A DNA stretch of 64,000 nt from Actinomycetota bacterium. GTDB taxonomy: Bacteria > Actinomycetota > Coriobacteriia > Anaerosomatales > UBA912. Below the pieces are notes generated by a model. It had not been told where the DNA came from. It did no database searches and saw only the letters and a program-made list of their open reading frames with translations. Location: positions 20,177 through 84,176 of the forward strand of contig JAMDCK010000030.1 in NCBI GenBank assembly GCA_023488435.1, in the 5' to 3' direction. Shown in pieces: positions 10,127 to 20,579 of this stretch. Position 1 is the stretch's first letter; each line of letters begins with the position of its first letter. A program made the position numbers and the translations under genes.

Positions 10127-11067
10127 GTACGGTGATGACATGGAGCCCAGAGATCGAGCATCTCGGTGACTGCGTACTCACTATCGGGGTTTTCGATGGC
10201 GTGCATCTTGGACACGTCAACCTGATTTCGGAGACAGTGCGTAGGGCTACGCTATCCGGGGTTCCCTCAGTCCTCATCACATTCGATCGAGACCCGGACA
10301 CCGTTGTAAATCCTGGCGTCGACACCGTTCAGCTTCTGTCCCTAGCCGAGAAGATCGACCGCTTGTCCCATACCGGAATCGAGCGGATCATCATCTTGCC
10401 CTTTGACGATCGTATGGCCGCCTACTCACCGAAGGACTTCTTGAGTCTGGTGGTACTTCAAGCGATGACCCCCCGGCACATCATCGTGGGGGAGGATTTC
10501 CGCTTCGGAAACAAGGCAACTGGCGACATCCGTCTTCTGACGGCGCTTGCGGCAAAATCGGGCATCGATGTTTTGGGGATACCTCTACTGGAGCTTGACG
10601 GCGCCCCGGTCAAGTCTACCCGAATCAAGCGTCATCTCGTCGATGGGGATGTGGAGCGCGCCAAGCGCCTCCTTGGACATCCGCATTCGCTATCCGGAAC
10701 CGTAATCCACGGTGCGGGTCGCGGAAGCCGATTGCTCTCAATCCCAACGATCAACATCAGCACCCAGGGTGCTAGCCTTCTGCCTGCTGCTGGCGTGTAC
10801 TCTGGGAAAGCTCACCTCGTCGACGGTGGTCATCCCGCGGCAATCTTCGTCGGTAGCTCACCATCATTCGCCGATTCAAGGTTCGGAGTCGAAGCTCACC
10901 TTCTCGGCTTTGCGAATGATGTCTATGCCCAAAAGGTCACGCTGACGTTCGAAACACGCATCCGTGATCTTCAGGAATTCGCCACTCCTGACGCACTTGC
11001 ATCGGCGATCATAGCCGATGTCGACATCGTCCGACGTCTGTCAGGAATGGAGCCGGAATCACCATGA
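10123..11067 (+). CDS. ribF: Bifunctional riboflavin kinase / FAD synthetase
   Basis: N-terminal adenylyltransferase motif GVFDGVHLGH and a C-terminal riboflavin kinase part (SGTVIHGAGRGSRL..PTINI). Confidence 0.93.
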   Translation: MSTVMTWSPEIEHLGDCVLTIGVFDGVHLGHVNLISETVRRATLSGVPSVLITFDRDPDTVVNPGVDTVQLLSLAEKIDRLSHTGIERIIILPFDDRMAAYSPKDFLSLVVLQAMTPRHIIVGEDFRFGNKATGDIRLLTALAAKSGIDVLGIPLLELDGAPVKSTRIKRHLVDGDVERAKRLLGHPHSLSGTVIHGAGRGSRLLSIPTINISTQGASLLPAAGVYSGKAHLVDGGHPAAIFVGSSPSFADSRFGVEAHLLGFANDVYAQKVTLTFETRIRDLQEFATPDALASAIIADVDIVRRLSGMEPESP

Positions 11068-11116
11068 TGGAATCTCCGGTCGTGTCTAGCTACGATGAGT
11101 CGTCAGCCCCTGATTG

Positions 11117-11125
11117 TGGTATTAT
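11117..11125 (+). promoter_or_regulatory. Candidate extended -10 element (TGgTATTAT) upstream of rpsO
   Basis: TGGTATTAT lies about 95 nt upstream of the rpsO ATG. No good -35 hexamer is present. This is sequence pattern only. Confidence 0.3.
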
Positions 11126-11220
11126 GTTTAGGTTGTATGGATACCCTGTCCTTCGATCATCGAATCACCAACGATTTTCATCGGAGAGGGCGAACCCCGT
11201 TAGAAAGGTGAAGATGTAAC

Positions 11221-11490
11221 ATGGCTTTGGATAAGGAAATCAAGTCGCAGATCGTGTCAGAGTACGCTAGGGGCGAAGCAGACACCGGGTCCCCAGAGGT
11301 TCAGGTCGCTTTGCTGACCAAGCGTATTCGTGATTTGACCGAGCACCTCAAGATCCACAAGACTGATCACCACACCCGCCGAGGGCTTCTGCGACTCGTC
11401 GGACAGAGGCGTAACCTGCTCGCATACCTGAAGAAATCCGATATTGAGCGTTACCGGGACCTTATTGCACGTCTAGGAATCCGCGGTTAG
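11221..11490 (+). CDS. rpsO: 30S ribosomal protein S15
   Basis: 89-aa ORF with the typical S15 sequence ([40 protein letters not shown]). Confidence 0.97.
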   Translation: MALDKEIKSQIVSEYARGEADTGSPEVQVALLTKRIRDLTEHLKIHKTDHHTRRGLLRLVGQRRNLLAYLKKSDIERYRDLIARLGIRG

Positions 11491-11513
11491 TGGATTTCGA
11501 ACGCACGAGTGTA

Positions 11514-11534
11514 GCCGCAACCAAAGTGTGCGGC
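11514..11534 (+). other. Small hairpin in the rpsO-pnp intergenic region
   Basis: GCCGCA (11514-11519) pairs with TGCGGC (11529-11534) across a 9-nt loop. It is located where rpsO attenuator or pnp leader hairpins occur in other bacteria. Function is unproven. Confidence 0.25.
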
Positions 11535-11834
11535 ACGGAACAGGAAGTGGAAATTGATGAGTAAGGTTGTCGAGACTTTTGAGCTGTTTGGCAAGGAGTA
11601 TACGTTCGAGACAGGCGAGCTGGCCAAGCAGGCTGGCGGAGCGGTGGTTGTGCGCCAGGGAGACACTATGGTCTTGGTGGCTGCCACAGCGTCGGCCCAA
11701 GCCAAGGATTTCGACTTCTTCCCACTGACGGTGGACTTTGAAGAGCGGATGTACGCTGCCGGGAAGTTGCCCGGCGGTTTCATCAAGCGTGAGGCCAGGC
11801 CTAGCGAAAAGGCGATTCTGACTGCACGGATGAT

Positions 11835-12570
11835 CGACCGTCCTCTGCGTTCAGCTTTCGCAGAAGGCTTCCGTAACGAGGTCCAGATCATTGCGACCGT
11901 GCTCTCGGCTGATCAGGTCCATCAGCCCGATGTGATTTGCATCATGGGAGCGTCGGCGGCTTTGATGGTTGCTGGGATCCCCTTCGACGGTCCGCTGTCC
12001 GGTGTCCGGGTCGCTAGGGTCGACGGCGAGCTGCTTGTCAACCCCACCTTCGAAGAGCTTGATCGCTCCGACCTCGACCTTGTGGTTGCCGGTTCCGCCG
12101 ATGCAATCTACATGATCGAAGCCGGAGCCAATGAGGTTACTGAGGACGACATGTTAGAAGCGTTGCGGTTCGCGCAGAACGCGATTGCGCAATTCTGTGA
12201 AGTCCAGAAAGATTTCGCTAGCCGCGTTGCATCCACCAAGATGGAAGTTGCTATCTACGAGATCGACGAAGCGCTCAGAAGTAGGGTCTTCTCCCTCGGC
12301 TATGACAAGATGAGCGAGGCGCTGCGTAACCCCGATAAGCATTCCAGAATGTCGGATGTGGCAACCGTCAAAGAGTTCGTCATCACTCAGTTCTCCGACG
12401 ATGAGATGGCCGCCTCGGGTAAAGACATCAAAGCTCTTCTCAAAGAACTCGAGAAGACGGCCATGAGGCGCATGGTCCTCGATGAGGGCGAGCGAGTTGA
12501 CGGTCGTCGATCCGATGAGGTTCGTGAGATTTCGAGTGTAGCCGGCTACCTCCCTCGCGCCCACGGATCG
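11835..12570. repeat. Tandem duplication unit 1 inside pnp
   Basis: Identical by eye to 12572-13307, with a period of 737 nt. Confidence 0.9.
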
Positions 12571-12571
12571 A

Positions 12572-13307
12572 CGACCGTCCTCTGCGTTCAGCTTTCGCAG
12601 AAGGCTTCCGTAACGAGGTCCAGATCATTGCGACCGTGCTCTCGGCTGATCAGGTCCATCAGCCCGATGTGATTTGCATCATGGGAGCGTCGGCGGCTTT
12701 GATGGTTGCTGGGATCCCCTTCGACGGTCCGCTGTCCGGTGTCCGGGTCGCTAGGGTCGACGGCGAGCTGCTTGTCAACCCCACCTTCGAAGAGCTTGAT
12801 CGCTCCGACCTCGACCTTGTGGTTGCCGGTTCCGCCGATGCAATCTACATGATCGAAGCCGGAGCCAATGAGGTTACTGAGGACGACATGTTAGAAGCGT
12901 TGCGGTTCGCGCAGAACGCGATTGCGCAATTCTGTGAAGTCCAGAAAGATTTCGCTAGCCGCGTTGCATCCACCAAGATGGAAGTTGCTATCTACGAGAT
13001 CGACGAAGCGCTCAGAAGTAGGGTCTTCTCCCTCGGCTATGACAAGATGAGCGAGGCGCTGCGTAACCCCGATAAGCATTCCAGAATGTCGGATGTGGCA
13101 ACCGTCAAAGAGTTCGTCATCACTCAGTTCTCCGACGATGAGATGGCCGCCTCGGGTAAAGACATCAAAGCTCTTCTCAAAGAACTCGAGAAGACGGCCA
13201 TGAGGCGCATGGTCCTCGATGAGGGCGAGCGAGTTGACGGTCGTCGATCCGATGAGGTTCGTGAGATTTCGAGTGTAGCCGGCTACCTCCCTCGCGCCCA
13301 CGGATCG
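12572..13307. repeat. Tandem duplication unit 2 inside pnp
   Basis: Identical by eye to 11835-12570. A single junction base (a) sits at 12571. The native downstream sequence resumes at 13308. Confidence 0.9.
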
Positions 13308-14497
13308 GGTCTCTTCACCCGCGGTCAGACTCAGGTACTTTCGGTTTTGACGCTCGGCATGCTGTCCGAATGGCAGCGCATCGACACCATCGATGTCACC
13401 GATGGCAAGCGCTACCTGCATCACTACAACTTCCCGCCGTTCTGTACTGGGGAAACCGGATTCATGCGCGGACCCAAGCGCCGAGAGATTGGGCACGGAG
13501 CGCTCGCGGAGAGGGCCCTCGTCCCCGTCCTTCCTGAAGAGGATGAGTTTCCCTACACGATTCGTATAGTCTCCGAAGTCTTGGAGTCCAACGGTTCGAG
13601 CTCCATGGGTTCGGTTTGTGGTTCGACACTAAGCCTCATGGATGCCGGCGTGCCTATCACTGCACCTGTCTCAGGAATTGCGATGGGGCTGATCAAAGAG
13701 GGCGACGAGGTTGCTGTACTTTCAGACATTCAGGGACTCGAGGACTTCCTCGGCGACATGGACTTCAAAGTAGCGGGTACCGAGAATGGGATCACCGCCC
13801 TCCAGATGGATAACAAGGCCAAAGGCTTGAGCCATGAGATCTTGGAGCAGGCCCTGCGTCAGGCAAAGACCGGTCGCGAGCATATCCTCTCCGAGATGAT
13901 GAAGGTCATCGACACCCCCCGCGAAGAACTCAAGGAGAACGCCCCGCGCATTATCACAGTCCGCATTCCTGTGGATCGTATTCGTGAGGTCATCGGGTCC
14001 GGAGGAAAAGTCGTTCGTTCAATCCAGGAAGAAACTGGTGCCCAGATCGACATCCAGGAGGACGGCACCATCTTCATTGCATCGAGGGATCAAGGTGGGG
14101 AAGAGGCTCGTCGCCGTATCGAGATGATTGTCAAGCAACCTGAGATCGGCGAAAAGTACACCGGACGAGTCGTCTCCATCCAGGCATTCGGCGCCTTTGT
14201 GGAGCTTATGCCTGGCAAAGATGGACTCCTTCACATCTCGAAGGTTGCCAAGGGTCGGGTCGAGAAGGTCGAGGACGTCCTCAGCGTTGGGGATGAGGTC
14301 GAGGTCGAGATCACCGACATCGACGATCGTGGCAAGGTATCCTTGGATCGTCTGGACAAGCCTGAGGCTCCAGCCGGCGCTCAGGGCGCTCCGCGCTCTT
14401 CCGAGCGGGATCCTCGCCCTCACGGTCGTGGTAGCGATGACCGCTCGTCAACGGATTCCAAGAGGCCTCGCAGAAGGCACTAACCATAATCGTATAC

Positions 14498-14550
14498 TTC
14501 ACCCACGCCGACCAAATCCTCGCTAGCGATGAAGGGCTGGCGTGGGTGAA
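14498..14550 (+). terminator. Stem-loop after pnp (12-bp perfect stem)
   Basis: TTCACCCACGCC (14498-14509) pairs with GGCGTGGGTGAA (14539-14550) across a 29-nt loop, starting 15 nt after the pnp stop. There is no clear U tract. Confidence 0.4.
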
Positions 14551-14568
14551 TACATTTAGCGAAGGATC

Positions 14569-15825
14569 GTGAATATGTTCTACCAGCAAACTGTGCTGGA
14601 CAACGGATTGACTGTAGTCACCGAGCGTATCGATACGGTGCGGTCGGTTGCTCTTGGTGTATGGTTCCGGGTAGGTAGCAGGGATGAAACCAGTGCCGAA
14701 GCCGGAATGTCACACTTTATTGAACACATGATGTTCAAGGGGACGCCCACTCGCAGTGCTGCGGACATCTCGCAGGCATTCGACCGCATCGGGGCCGATC
14801 TCAATGCATTCACCGCGAAGGAATACACCTGCTACTACTCCAGATTCGTCAGCGACAACCTGCCCGTTGTCATCGATCTCTTCTCCGACATGCTCTGCAA
14901 CTCTTCGCTGGCCGAAGACGCTTGCTTTCGCGAGCGCGAGGTCGTCCTCGAGGAGATCGCCCGCACCGAAGATGCGCCTGACGATCAGATCCACGAGATC
15001 TTCGCTTCGGGTTTGTACGCTGGCCACCCTTTGGGCTCGTCGATCCTAGGCACGCGTGCCAGCGTTGCTGGTTTCGATCATGCCGCCACGGCAGCGTTCA
15101 GGCAAAAACATTACTCGCCAGGCAACTGCATAGTCGCTGCTGCTGGTTTGATCGATCACGATGAACTTGTGGCCCTGGTATCCTCGCTCCTTGTGCTACC
15201 GGGCTCAACCATCAACACACGCACGCTTTCGACTCCGACGTCACCTAAATCACTGGTGTCAATCAACAAGGAGACCGAACAGTCCCATATCTGCTACGGG
15301 ATGACTGCATTGAAGTGGGACCACCCTGATCGTTATGCACTTTCGATTGCAGACGCGGTTCTCGGAGGCGGAATGTCCAGTAGGTTGTTCCAAGAGATTC
15401 GTGAGAGCAAAGGTCTTGCGTATGCCGTCTACAGTTTCATGACGCTCTTTCAAGAGACCGGACAGTTCGCAGTCTACGCTGGCACTCGTCCTGCGAATAC
15501 CGCCGAGGTCGTCCGCATCATCCGCCAACAAATTGAGCTCATGGCCTCCGATGGCATCTCGGCAGCGGAACTTGACAGGGCGCGTAACTCCTTCAAGGGG
15601 CACTTGGTGCTGGGCCTCGAGGATACAAGGGCCAGGATGTCGCGTTTGGGCAAGAGTTTCGTTGTTCAATCAGAGCTTCTGTCGATAGATGAGCTCATCG
15701 GGCGAATCGAGGCGGTTACCGTGGACGATGTCGCTCGCGTGGTCTCATCCGTATTCGCTGCCAAGGGCTCACTCGCGTTCATCGGGCCACTCACTTCCGA
15801 GGAAGTTGATCGACTGTCCCAGTAA
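14569..15825 (+). CDS. M16 (pitrilysin/insulinase) family zinc peptidase
   Basis: Inverted zinc motif HxxEH in HFIEHMMFKGT. It has the position of pepR/mlpA after pnp. The start may be the ATG at 14575. Confidence 0.9.
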   Translation: MNMFYQQTVLDNGLTVVTERIDTVRSVALGVWFRVGSRDETSAEAGMSHFIEHMMFKGTPTRSAADISQAFDRIGADLNAFTAKEYTCYYSRFVSDNLPVVIDLFSDMLCNSSLAEDACFREREVVLEEIARTEDAPDDQIHEIFASGLYAGHPLGSSILGTRASVAGFDHAATAAFRQKHYSPGNCIVAAAGLIDHDELVALVSSLLVLPGSTINTRTLSTPTSPKSLVSINKETEQSHICYGMTALKWDHPDRYALSIADAVLGGGMSSRLFQEIRESKGLAYAVYSFMTLFQETGQFAVYAGTRPANTAEVVRIIRQQIELMASDGISAAELDRARNSFKGHLVLGLEDTRARMSRLGKSFVVQSELLSIDELIGRIEAVTVDDVARVVSSVFAAKGSLAFIGPLTSEEVDRLSQ

Positions 15826-15843
15826 GGTTACGGGAGGTTCGTT

Positions 15844-16626
15844 ATGGTGAAGGTTCTTGTCTGCGGTGCTTTGGGAAAGATGGGTTCGGCTGCTGTCGAG
15901 GCTGTCATGGCTACCGATGACCTGCACTTGGTGGCTGTCGTGGACACTGGGATAAGTCTCCAGTCCGAGCCCGAAAACATCGAATCACCCCGAGAATTCC
16001 GAGATCTCGCTCAGGCGATAGCGGCCACCGAACCCGATGTGATGGTCGACTTCACTCATCCTCAATCAGTTGAGGACAACCTAGCCATCGCACTGCGATC
16101 CGGTGTCGATTGCGTGGTGGGGACCACGGGGCTGTCGCCGGATGTCCTTTCCTCGCTTGCAGAAAATGCACCTAACGGGACATGCCTGTTCTTCGCCCCG
16201 AACTTTGCAGTTGGGGCGGTGCTGATGATGAGATTTGCAGCCGAAGCAGCCAGATTCATGCCGCACGTCGAGATAATCGAGTTGCATCACGACCAAAAAG
16301 CCGATGCTCCCAGTGGAACCGCACTAAGAACCGCCTCTCTGATCGCGGAGCATCGGTCACTCGTTCCAGGTGAAGCGGCAGTGGAGTCGCAGGTCCTCGC
16401 GGGGGCGACCGGTGCACAAGTTGACGGCATCCCAGTCCACTCCATCAGGCTTCCGGGCCTAGTAGCACATCAAGAGGTTATCTTCGGAGCTAGCGGTCAA
16501 ACGTTGACCATCCGCCACGATTCTCTCGATCGCACTTCTTTCATGCCCGGAGTTCTGCTGGCTGTCCGCAAGGTTGGGGGTCTCTCGGGTTTGATTGTTG
16601 GCCTAGAAACGCTTATGGGTGATTAG
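15844..16626 (+). CDS. dapB: 4-hydroxy-tetrahydrodipicolinate reductase
   Basis: N-terminal dinucleotide fold (VCGALGKMG) and the conserved ELHHDQKADAPSGTA motif. Confidence 0.93.
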   Translation: MVKVLVCGALGKMGSAAVEAVMATDDLHLVAVVDTGISLQSEPENIESPREFRDLAQAIAATEPDVMVDFTHPQSVEDNLAIALRSGVDCVVGTTGLSPDVLSSLAENAPNGTCLFFAPNFAVGAVLMMRFAAEAARFMPHVEIIELHHDQKADAPSGTALRTASLIAEHRSLVPGEAAVESQVLAGATGAQVDGIPVHSIRLPGLVAHQEVIFGASGQTLTIRHDSLDRTSFMPGVLLAVRKVGGLSGLIVGLETLMGD

Positions 16627-17878
16627 CTTGGCTTCAGACACCATCGGAAATTCGGGTTCCATTGTCGTCATGAAGTTCGGCGGTACATCGACTGCTGACC
16701 ACCAGAGTCGAAAAGCAGTGGTTGGGAAGATACTCAACGCCATCAAGTCAGGGCTCAGTCCGGTGGTAGTTGTCAGCGCAATGGGCAGGCAAGGCTCCCC
16801 GTACGCAACCGACACCCTTTTGGCGCTACTCGATGAGGGTGCAACCGACCCGCAAGACACAGACCTACTCTTGTCGACAGGTGAGATCATTTCAGCAGTG
16901 GTTGTTGCTCAGGAGTTGAGGGCCGCAGGCATTTTAGCCAAGGCTATATCAGGTGGCGATGCTGGGTTGATCACCGAAGAAAACCATGGCGACGCACGAA
17001 TAGTAGCCATCTATCCGGATCGAATTATCGAGCTGATACAAGGTGGTTGCGTTCCCGTAGTTGCCGGCTTCCAGGGAGTCTCGGTCGGCGGATCGACAAC
17101 CACCCTTGGCCGGGGTGGTAGCGACACAACTGCTTGTGCGCTTGGTGTAGCTCTCGATGCTGCGGCCGTTGAGATCTATTCGGATGTCGAAGGAGTTGCA
17201 ACGGCCGATCCGCGGGCCTGTGACGGAACCAGGATCCTCGAGGTCATCGGGGCAGACGAGTTGTTCCAGCTTGCTAGGCATGGCGCGCGAGTAGTGCATG
17301 CGCCGGCAGCAGATCTTGCTCTTCGCAACAGCCTCCGCCTCAGGATTCGAGGCACGTTTTCTGCCGATGAGGGAACCATGGTATTACCCGATGACCGTTA
17401 CTCTCCAACAGGGGTTGCAACTGCACTTTCGCACACAACCGACATAGTGCGCGTACGGGTCGACCTTAGTCATGATGAGGGCTCTCCCGACCACATGAAA
17501 GCTCAGTCCGAGGTCTATTCGGCGATGGCGCTTCGTGGGATATCGCTCGACATGTTCACCCCCGCTGGCCGCCATCTGATCTTCACTACCTCGTTTGATT
17601 GCACTGAGGGATTGAAGGCAGCCTTGGATGCTCTCTCGCTCCCATACGACCTTCAGACTGATTTGTCTAAAATCACCCTTGTTGGGGCTGGAATGCACGG
17701 TGTACCCGGCGTAATCGCCAAGATGTCTGAGTGCCTGAACACCGCAGGCGTGCCAGTTCTCCAGAGCTCCGACAGCCACACCACAATCTCGGTAATCGTG
17801 AATTCAAGGTTGCTTAGGGTTGCCCTTGAAGCGCTAAGTAAGGACTTCGATCTTGGAAATGGGAATTGTTCGTGCTGA
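16619..17878 (+). CDS. lysC: Aspartate kinase
   Basis: The VVMKFGGTS kinase N-terminus, GRGGSDTTA, and a C-terminal ACT-type regulatory region are present. The GTG start overlaps the dapB stop. Confidence 0.9.
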   Translation: MISLASDTIGNSGSIVVMKFGGTSTADHQSRKAVVGKILNAIKSGLSPVVVVSAMGRQGSPYATDTLLALLDEGATDPQDTDLLLSTGEIISAVVVAQELRAAGILAKAISGGDAGLITEENHGDARIVAIYPDRIIELIQGGCVPVVAGFQGVSVGGSTTTLGRGGSDTTACALGVALDAAAVEIYSDVEGVATADPRACDGTRILEVIGADELFQLARHGARVVHAPAADLALRNSLRLRIRGTFSADEGTMVLPDDRYSPTGVATALSHTTDIVRVRVDLSHDEGSPDHMKAQSEVYSAMALRGISLDMFTPAGRHLIFTTSFDCTEGLKAALDALSLPYDLQTDLSKITLVGAGMHGVPGVIAKMSECLNTAGVPVLQSSDSHTTISVIVNSRLLRVALEALSKDFDLGNGNCSC

Positions 17879-17976
17879 GCGAAGAACTTGGCGCTCTGCC
17901 ACGATTGGACGTAATGTGTCGTTGAAGTGCTTTAGAATGGCTAGAGTCGAAAAGAATCACATGAGGAGAGCGAATT

Positions 17977-18867
17977 ATGACCACCCCTAGATTCGGACGC
18001 TTGATTACTGCGATGGTGACTCCGTTCACTGCCGACGGCTCCCTCGATCTACCCAGGGCTGGAGCGCTCGCAGAGAGGTTGATCTCACAGGGATCCGACG
18101 CACTCTTGGTGTGCGGGACCACCGGTGAGTCCCCTACAGTGTTCTACGATCAAAAGCTGGATCTCTTCCGAAGTGTCCTCGAAGCGAACCAAGGTAGAGT
18201 CCCGGTGATCGCCAACGTTGGTGACAACTGCACCGATGATTCCATCCACTTCGCCCGCAAGGTTGAGGGGCTTGGCGTCGATGCCTTGATGGCCGTGGTT
18301 CCGTACTACAACAAGCCGCCGCAAGAGGGGCTGTATCGACATTTCCGTGCCATAGCTCAAGCAGTCGAACTGCCTGTCATCCTCTACAACATCCCGGCGC
18401 GTTGCGTGATCAACATGGAGCCAAGTACAATCGTTCGGCTTGCCGCCGACTGCCCAAATATCGTTGCAGTCAAGCAGGCCAACTCGGACCTTTCACAAGC
18501 CGCCGAAATCATCGCCAGTGCCCCAGCTGGATTCGAGGTCCTCGCAGGTGACGATGAGCTCACGCTACCGATGATGGCTATCGGCGGCACTGGTGTAATA
18601 TCTGTACTGTCAAACATTGCGGGACCGCAGTTCAAAGAGATGATCGAGGCCCAAGTCGCCGGCGATCATACACGCGCACTCAGACTTCACCTTGAGCTGC
18701 TCCCTTTGATAAAGACACTGTTCATCACGGCAAACCCAATAATGGTGAAGAAAGCGTTCGAATTGATGGGATATCCTGTCGGAGGGGTCAGACTTCCGCT
18801 CATCGAAGCCAATCAGGCTCAAGAAGCGGAACTGTCTGCTGTCCTTAGGCACCTGGATCTCATCTGA
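17977..18867 (+). CDS. dapA: 4-hydroxy-tetrahydrodipicolinate synthase
   Basis: Contains the GTTGES motif, YNKP, and a Schiff-base lysine context (IVAVKQAN). Confidence 0.95.
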   Translation: MTTPRFGRLITAMVTPFTADGSLDLPRAGALAERLISQGSDALLVCGTTGESPTVFYDQKLDLFRSVLEANQGRVPVIANVGDNCTDDSIHFARKVEGLGVDALMAVVPYYNKPPQEGLYRHFRAIAQAVELPVILYNIPARCVINMEPSTIVRLAADCPNIVAVKQANSDLSQAAEIIASAPAGFEVLAGDDELTLPMMAIGGTGVISVLSNIAGPQFKEMIEAQVAGDHTRALRLHLELLPLIKTLFITANPIMVKKAFELMGYPVGGVRLPLIEANQAQEAELSAVLRHLDLI

Positions 18868-18908
18868 GTCTGTCCGCAGCATAGAGAACTGGAGCAACAA
18901 CACATCTT

Positions 18909-20579
18909 ATGACACACAAGAAGAACCGACTTCGGGTCATCCCTTTGGGGGGACTCGAGGAAATCGGAAAGAACATGACCGTGTTCGAGTACGGCAACGA
19001 CATGGTTGTAATTGACGCTGGCATCATGTTTCCAGATGACGCTCATCCCGGTGTGGACCTCATACTCCCAGATTACTCCTACATCCTAAAAAGAGTCGAC
19101 AAACTTCGCGGCATCATCATCACTCATGGGCACGAAGACCACACAGGAGCGTTGCCATACCTCCTCAAGGATCTGGGTGAGTCCGTCCCCGTCTTGGGAA
19201 CCCGACTGACGTTGGGTCTGATCAAGGGCAAACTTGAGGAGCACGGTATCAGCAAGCCCAAGCTTCGCGAGATTCGAGCCGGTATGCACGTCAATCTGGG
19301 AGGCTTCGGCTTCGACTTCATAGCAGTTAACCACTCAATACCCGATAGTGTGGCGGTCGTAATCAGGACCTCTTTTGGAAACATCCTTCATACTGGGGAT
19401 TTCAAATTCGATCAAACTCCTGTCGATGGACGCCAGACGGATTATCAGGAGTTGGCTAAGCTCGGGAAGCAGGGGCTCCTCATGCTTCTCAGTGATTCGA
19501 CCAACGCCGAAACGCCAGGCACTACAAAGTCTGAGTCCGTTGTCGGACCGACGCTCCATTCGATCATGTCCGAAGCTGATCAACGTGTTATCGTTGCGTC
19601 ATTCGCCAGTCACATCCATCGCCTGCAGCAAGTCTGCGATGCTGCCATTGCGTGTGGCCGAAAAGTCGTGGTCACTGGGCGGTCGATGATCAACAATGTT
19701 AAGATCGCCAGGACTTTGGGATATCTGAACATTGACGACGCCAATATAGTCGACGCGTACACCGCCGGCGAAATCCCAGCTGATAAGGTGTGCGTACTGT
19801 CCACGGGCAGCCAAGGGGAGCCTCTGTCCGCCTTGTCCCGCATGGCTAGTGGTGAACACAGGGCCGTACAGATCCAGAGCGGGGACACCGTGATCATCTC
19901 GGCAAGTCCGGTTCCCGGGAACGAGAAGGCTGTCGGGAAGGTCATCAACAGGCTCGTCAAGCTCGGAGCGGATGTATTCCACAAGTCCTTTGCTCCGGTT
20001 CACGTCTCGGGGCATGCGGCGTCGGAGGAACTCAAGCTCATGCTCAACCTCGTCAATCCCGAGTACTTCGTTCCGGTCCATGGCGAATCAAGGCACCTTC
20101 ATGCTCATGCAAAATGCGCTGTGTCTGTTGGTGTTGCTGCCGAGAAGATTTTCATCATGGAGAACGGCGAGTGTCTTGAGATATCGGATCGAGGGGTGAG
20201 GATCTCGGAGAAGGTTCAGTCCGGGGTGGTCTACGTCGATGGAATCGGCGTTGGTGATGTGGGCAAACATGTCCTCAAGGATCGACACCTTCTGGCTAAG
20301 GACGGCATTGTCACCATCGTCCTCGCATTCGATCCACGCACAAAGAAGATCGCTTCAGAGATCGAGTTGATCATGCGCGGGGTCACCCTTGCAGATGACG
20401 ATGCCCTTCACTCGGATACAAGGGATCGGATACGCAAAACACTGGACCGGGTCGTGCGCGATAGCAGTGTTTCCACAGAGGACATCCAACGTGCAGTCAG
20501 GGATTCAGTAGCTAATATGTTGTGGGACAGAATCAGACGTCGTCCGATGGTCGTACCTGTGGTCATGGAGGTCAGTTGA
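18909..20579 (+). CDS. rnj: Ribonuclease J
   Basis: Metallo-beta-lactamase motif HGHEDHTGALPYL with beta-CASP and C-terminal domains; 556 aa. Confidence 0.95.
   Translation: MTHKKNRLRVIPLGGLEEIGKNMTVFEYGNDMVVIDAGIMFPDDAHPGVDLILPDYSYILKRVDKLRGIIITHGHEDHTGALPYLLKDLGESVPVLGTRLTLGLIKGKLEEHGISKPKLREIRAGMHVNLGGFGFDFIAVNHSIPDSVAVVIRTSFGNILHTGDFKFDQTPVDGRQTDYQELAKLGKQGLLMLLSDSTNAETPGTTKSESVVGPTLHSIMSEADQRVIVASFASHIHRLQQVCDAAIACGRKVVVTGRSMINNVKIARTLGYLNIDDANIVDAYTAGEIPADKVCVLSTGSQGEPLSALSRMASGEHRAVQIQSGDTVIISASPVPGNEKAVGKVINRLVKLGADVFHKSFAPVHVSGHAASEELKLMLNLVNPEYFVPVHGESRHLHAHAKCAVSVGVAAEKIFIMENGECLEISDRGVRISEKVQSGVVYVDGIGVGDVGKHVLKDRHLLAKDGIVTIVLAFDPRTKKIASEIELIMRGVTLADDDALHSDTRDRIRKTLDRVVRDSSVSTEDIQRAVRDSVANMLWDRIRRRPMVVPVVMEVS

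Larger units (their letters stand above)
11554..14483 (+). pseudogene. pnp: Polynucleotide phosphorylase locus, frame-disrupted as assembled by an internal 737-bp tandem duplication (ORFs 11554-12672 and 12636-14483)
   Basis: Two RNase PH domains, a KH domain (GSGGKVVRSIQEETGA) and an S1 domain (GRVVSIQAFGAFVEL) are present. The likely start is the ATG at 11557. Removing one repeat unit gives a single 731-codon ORF. Confidence 0.9.
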
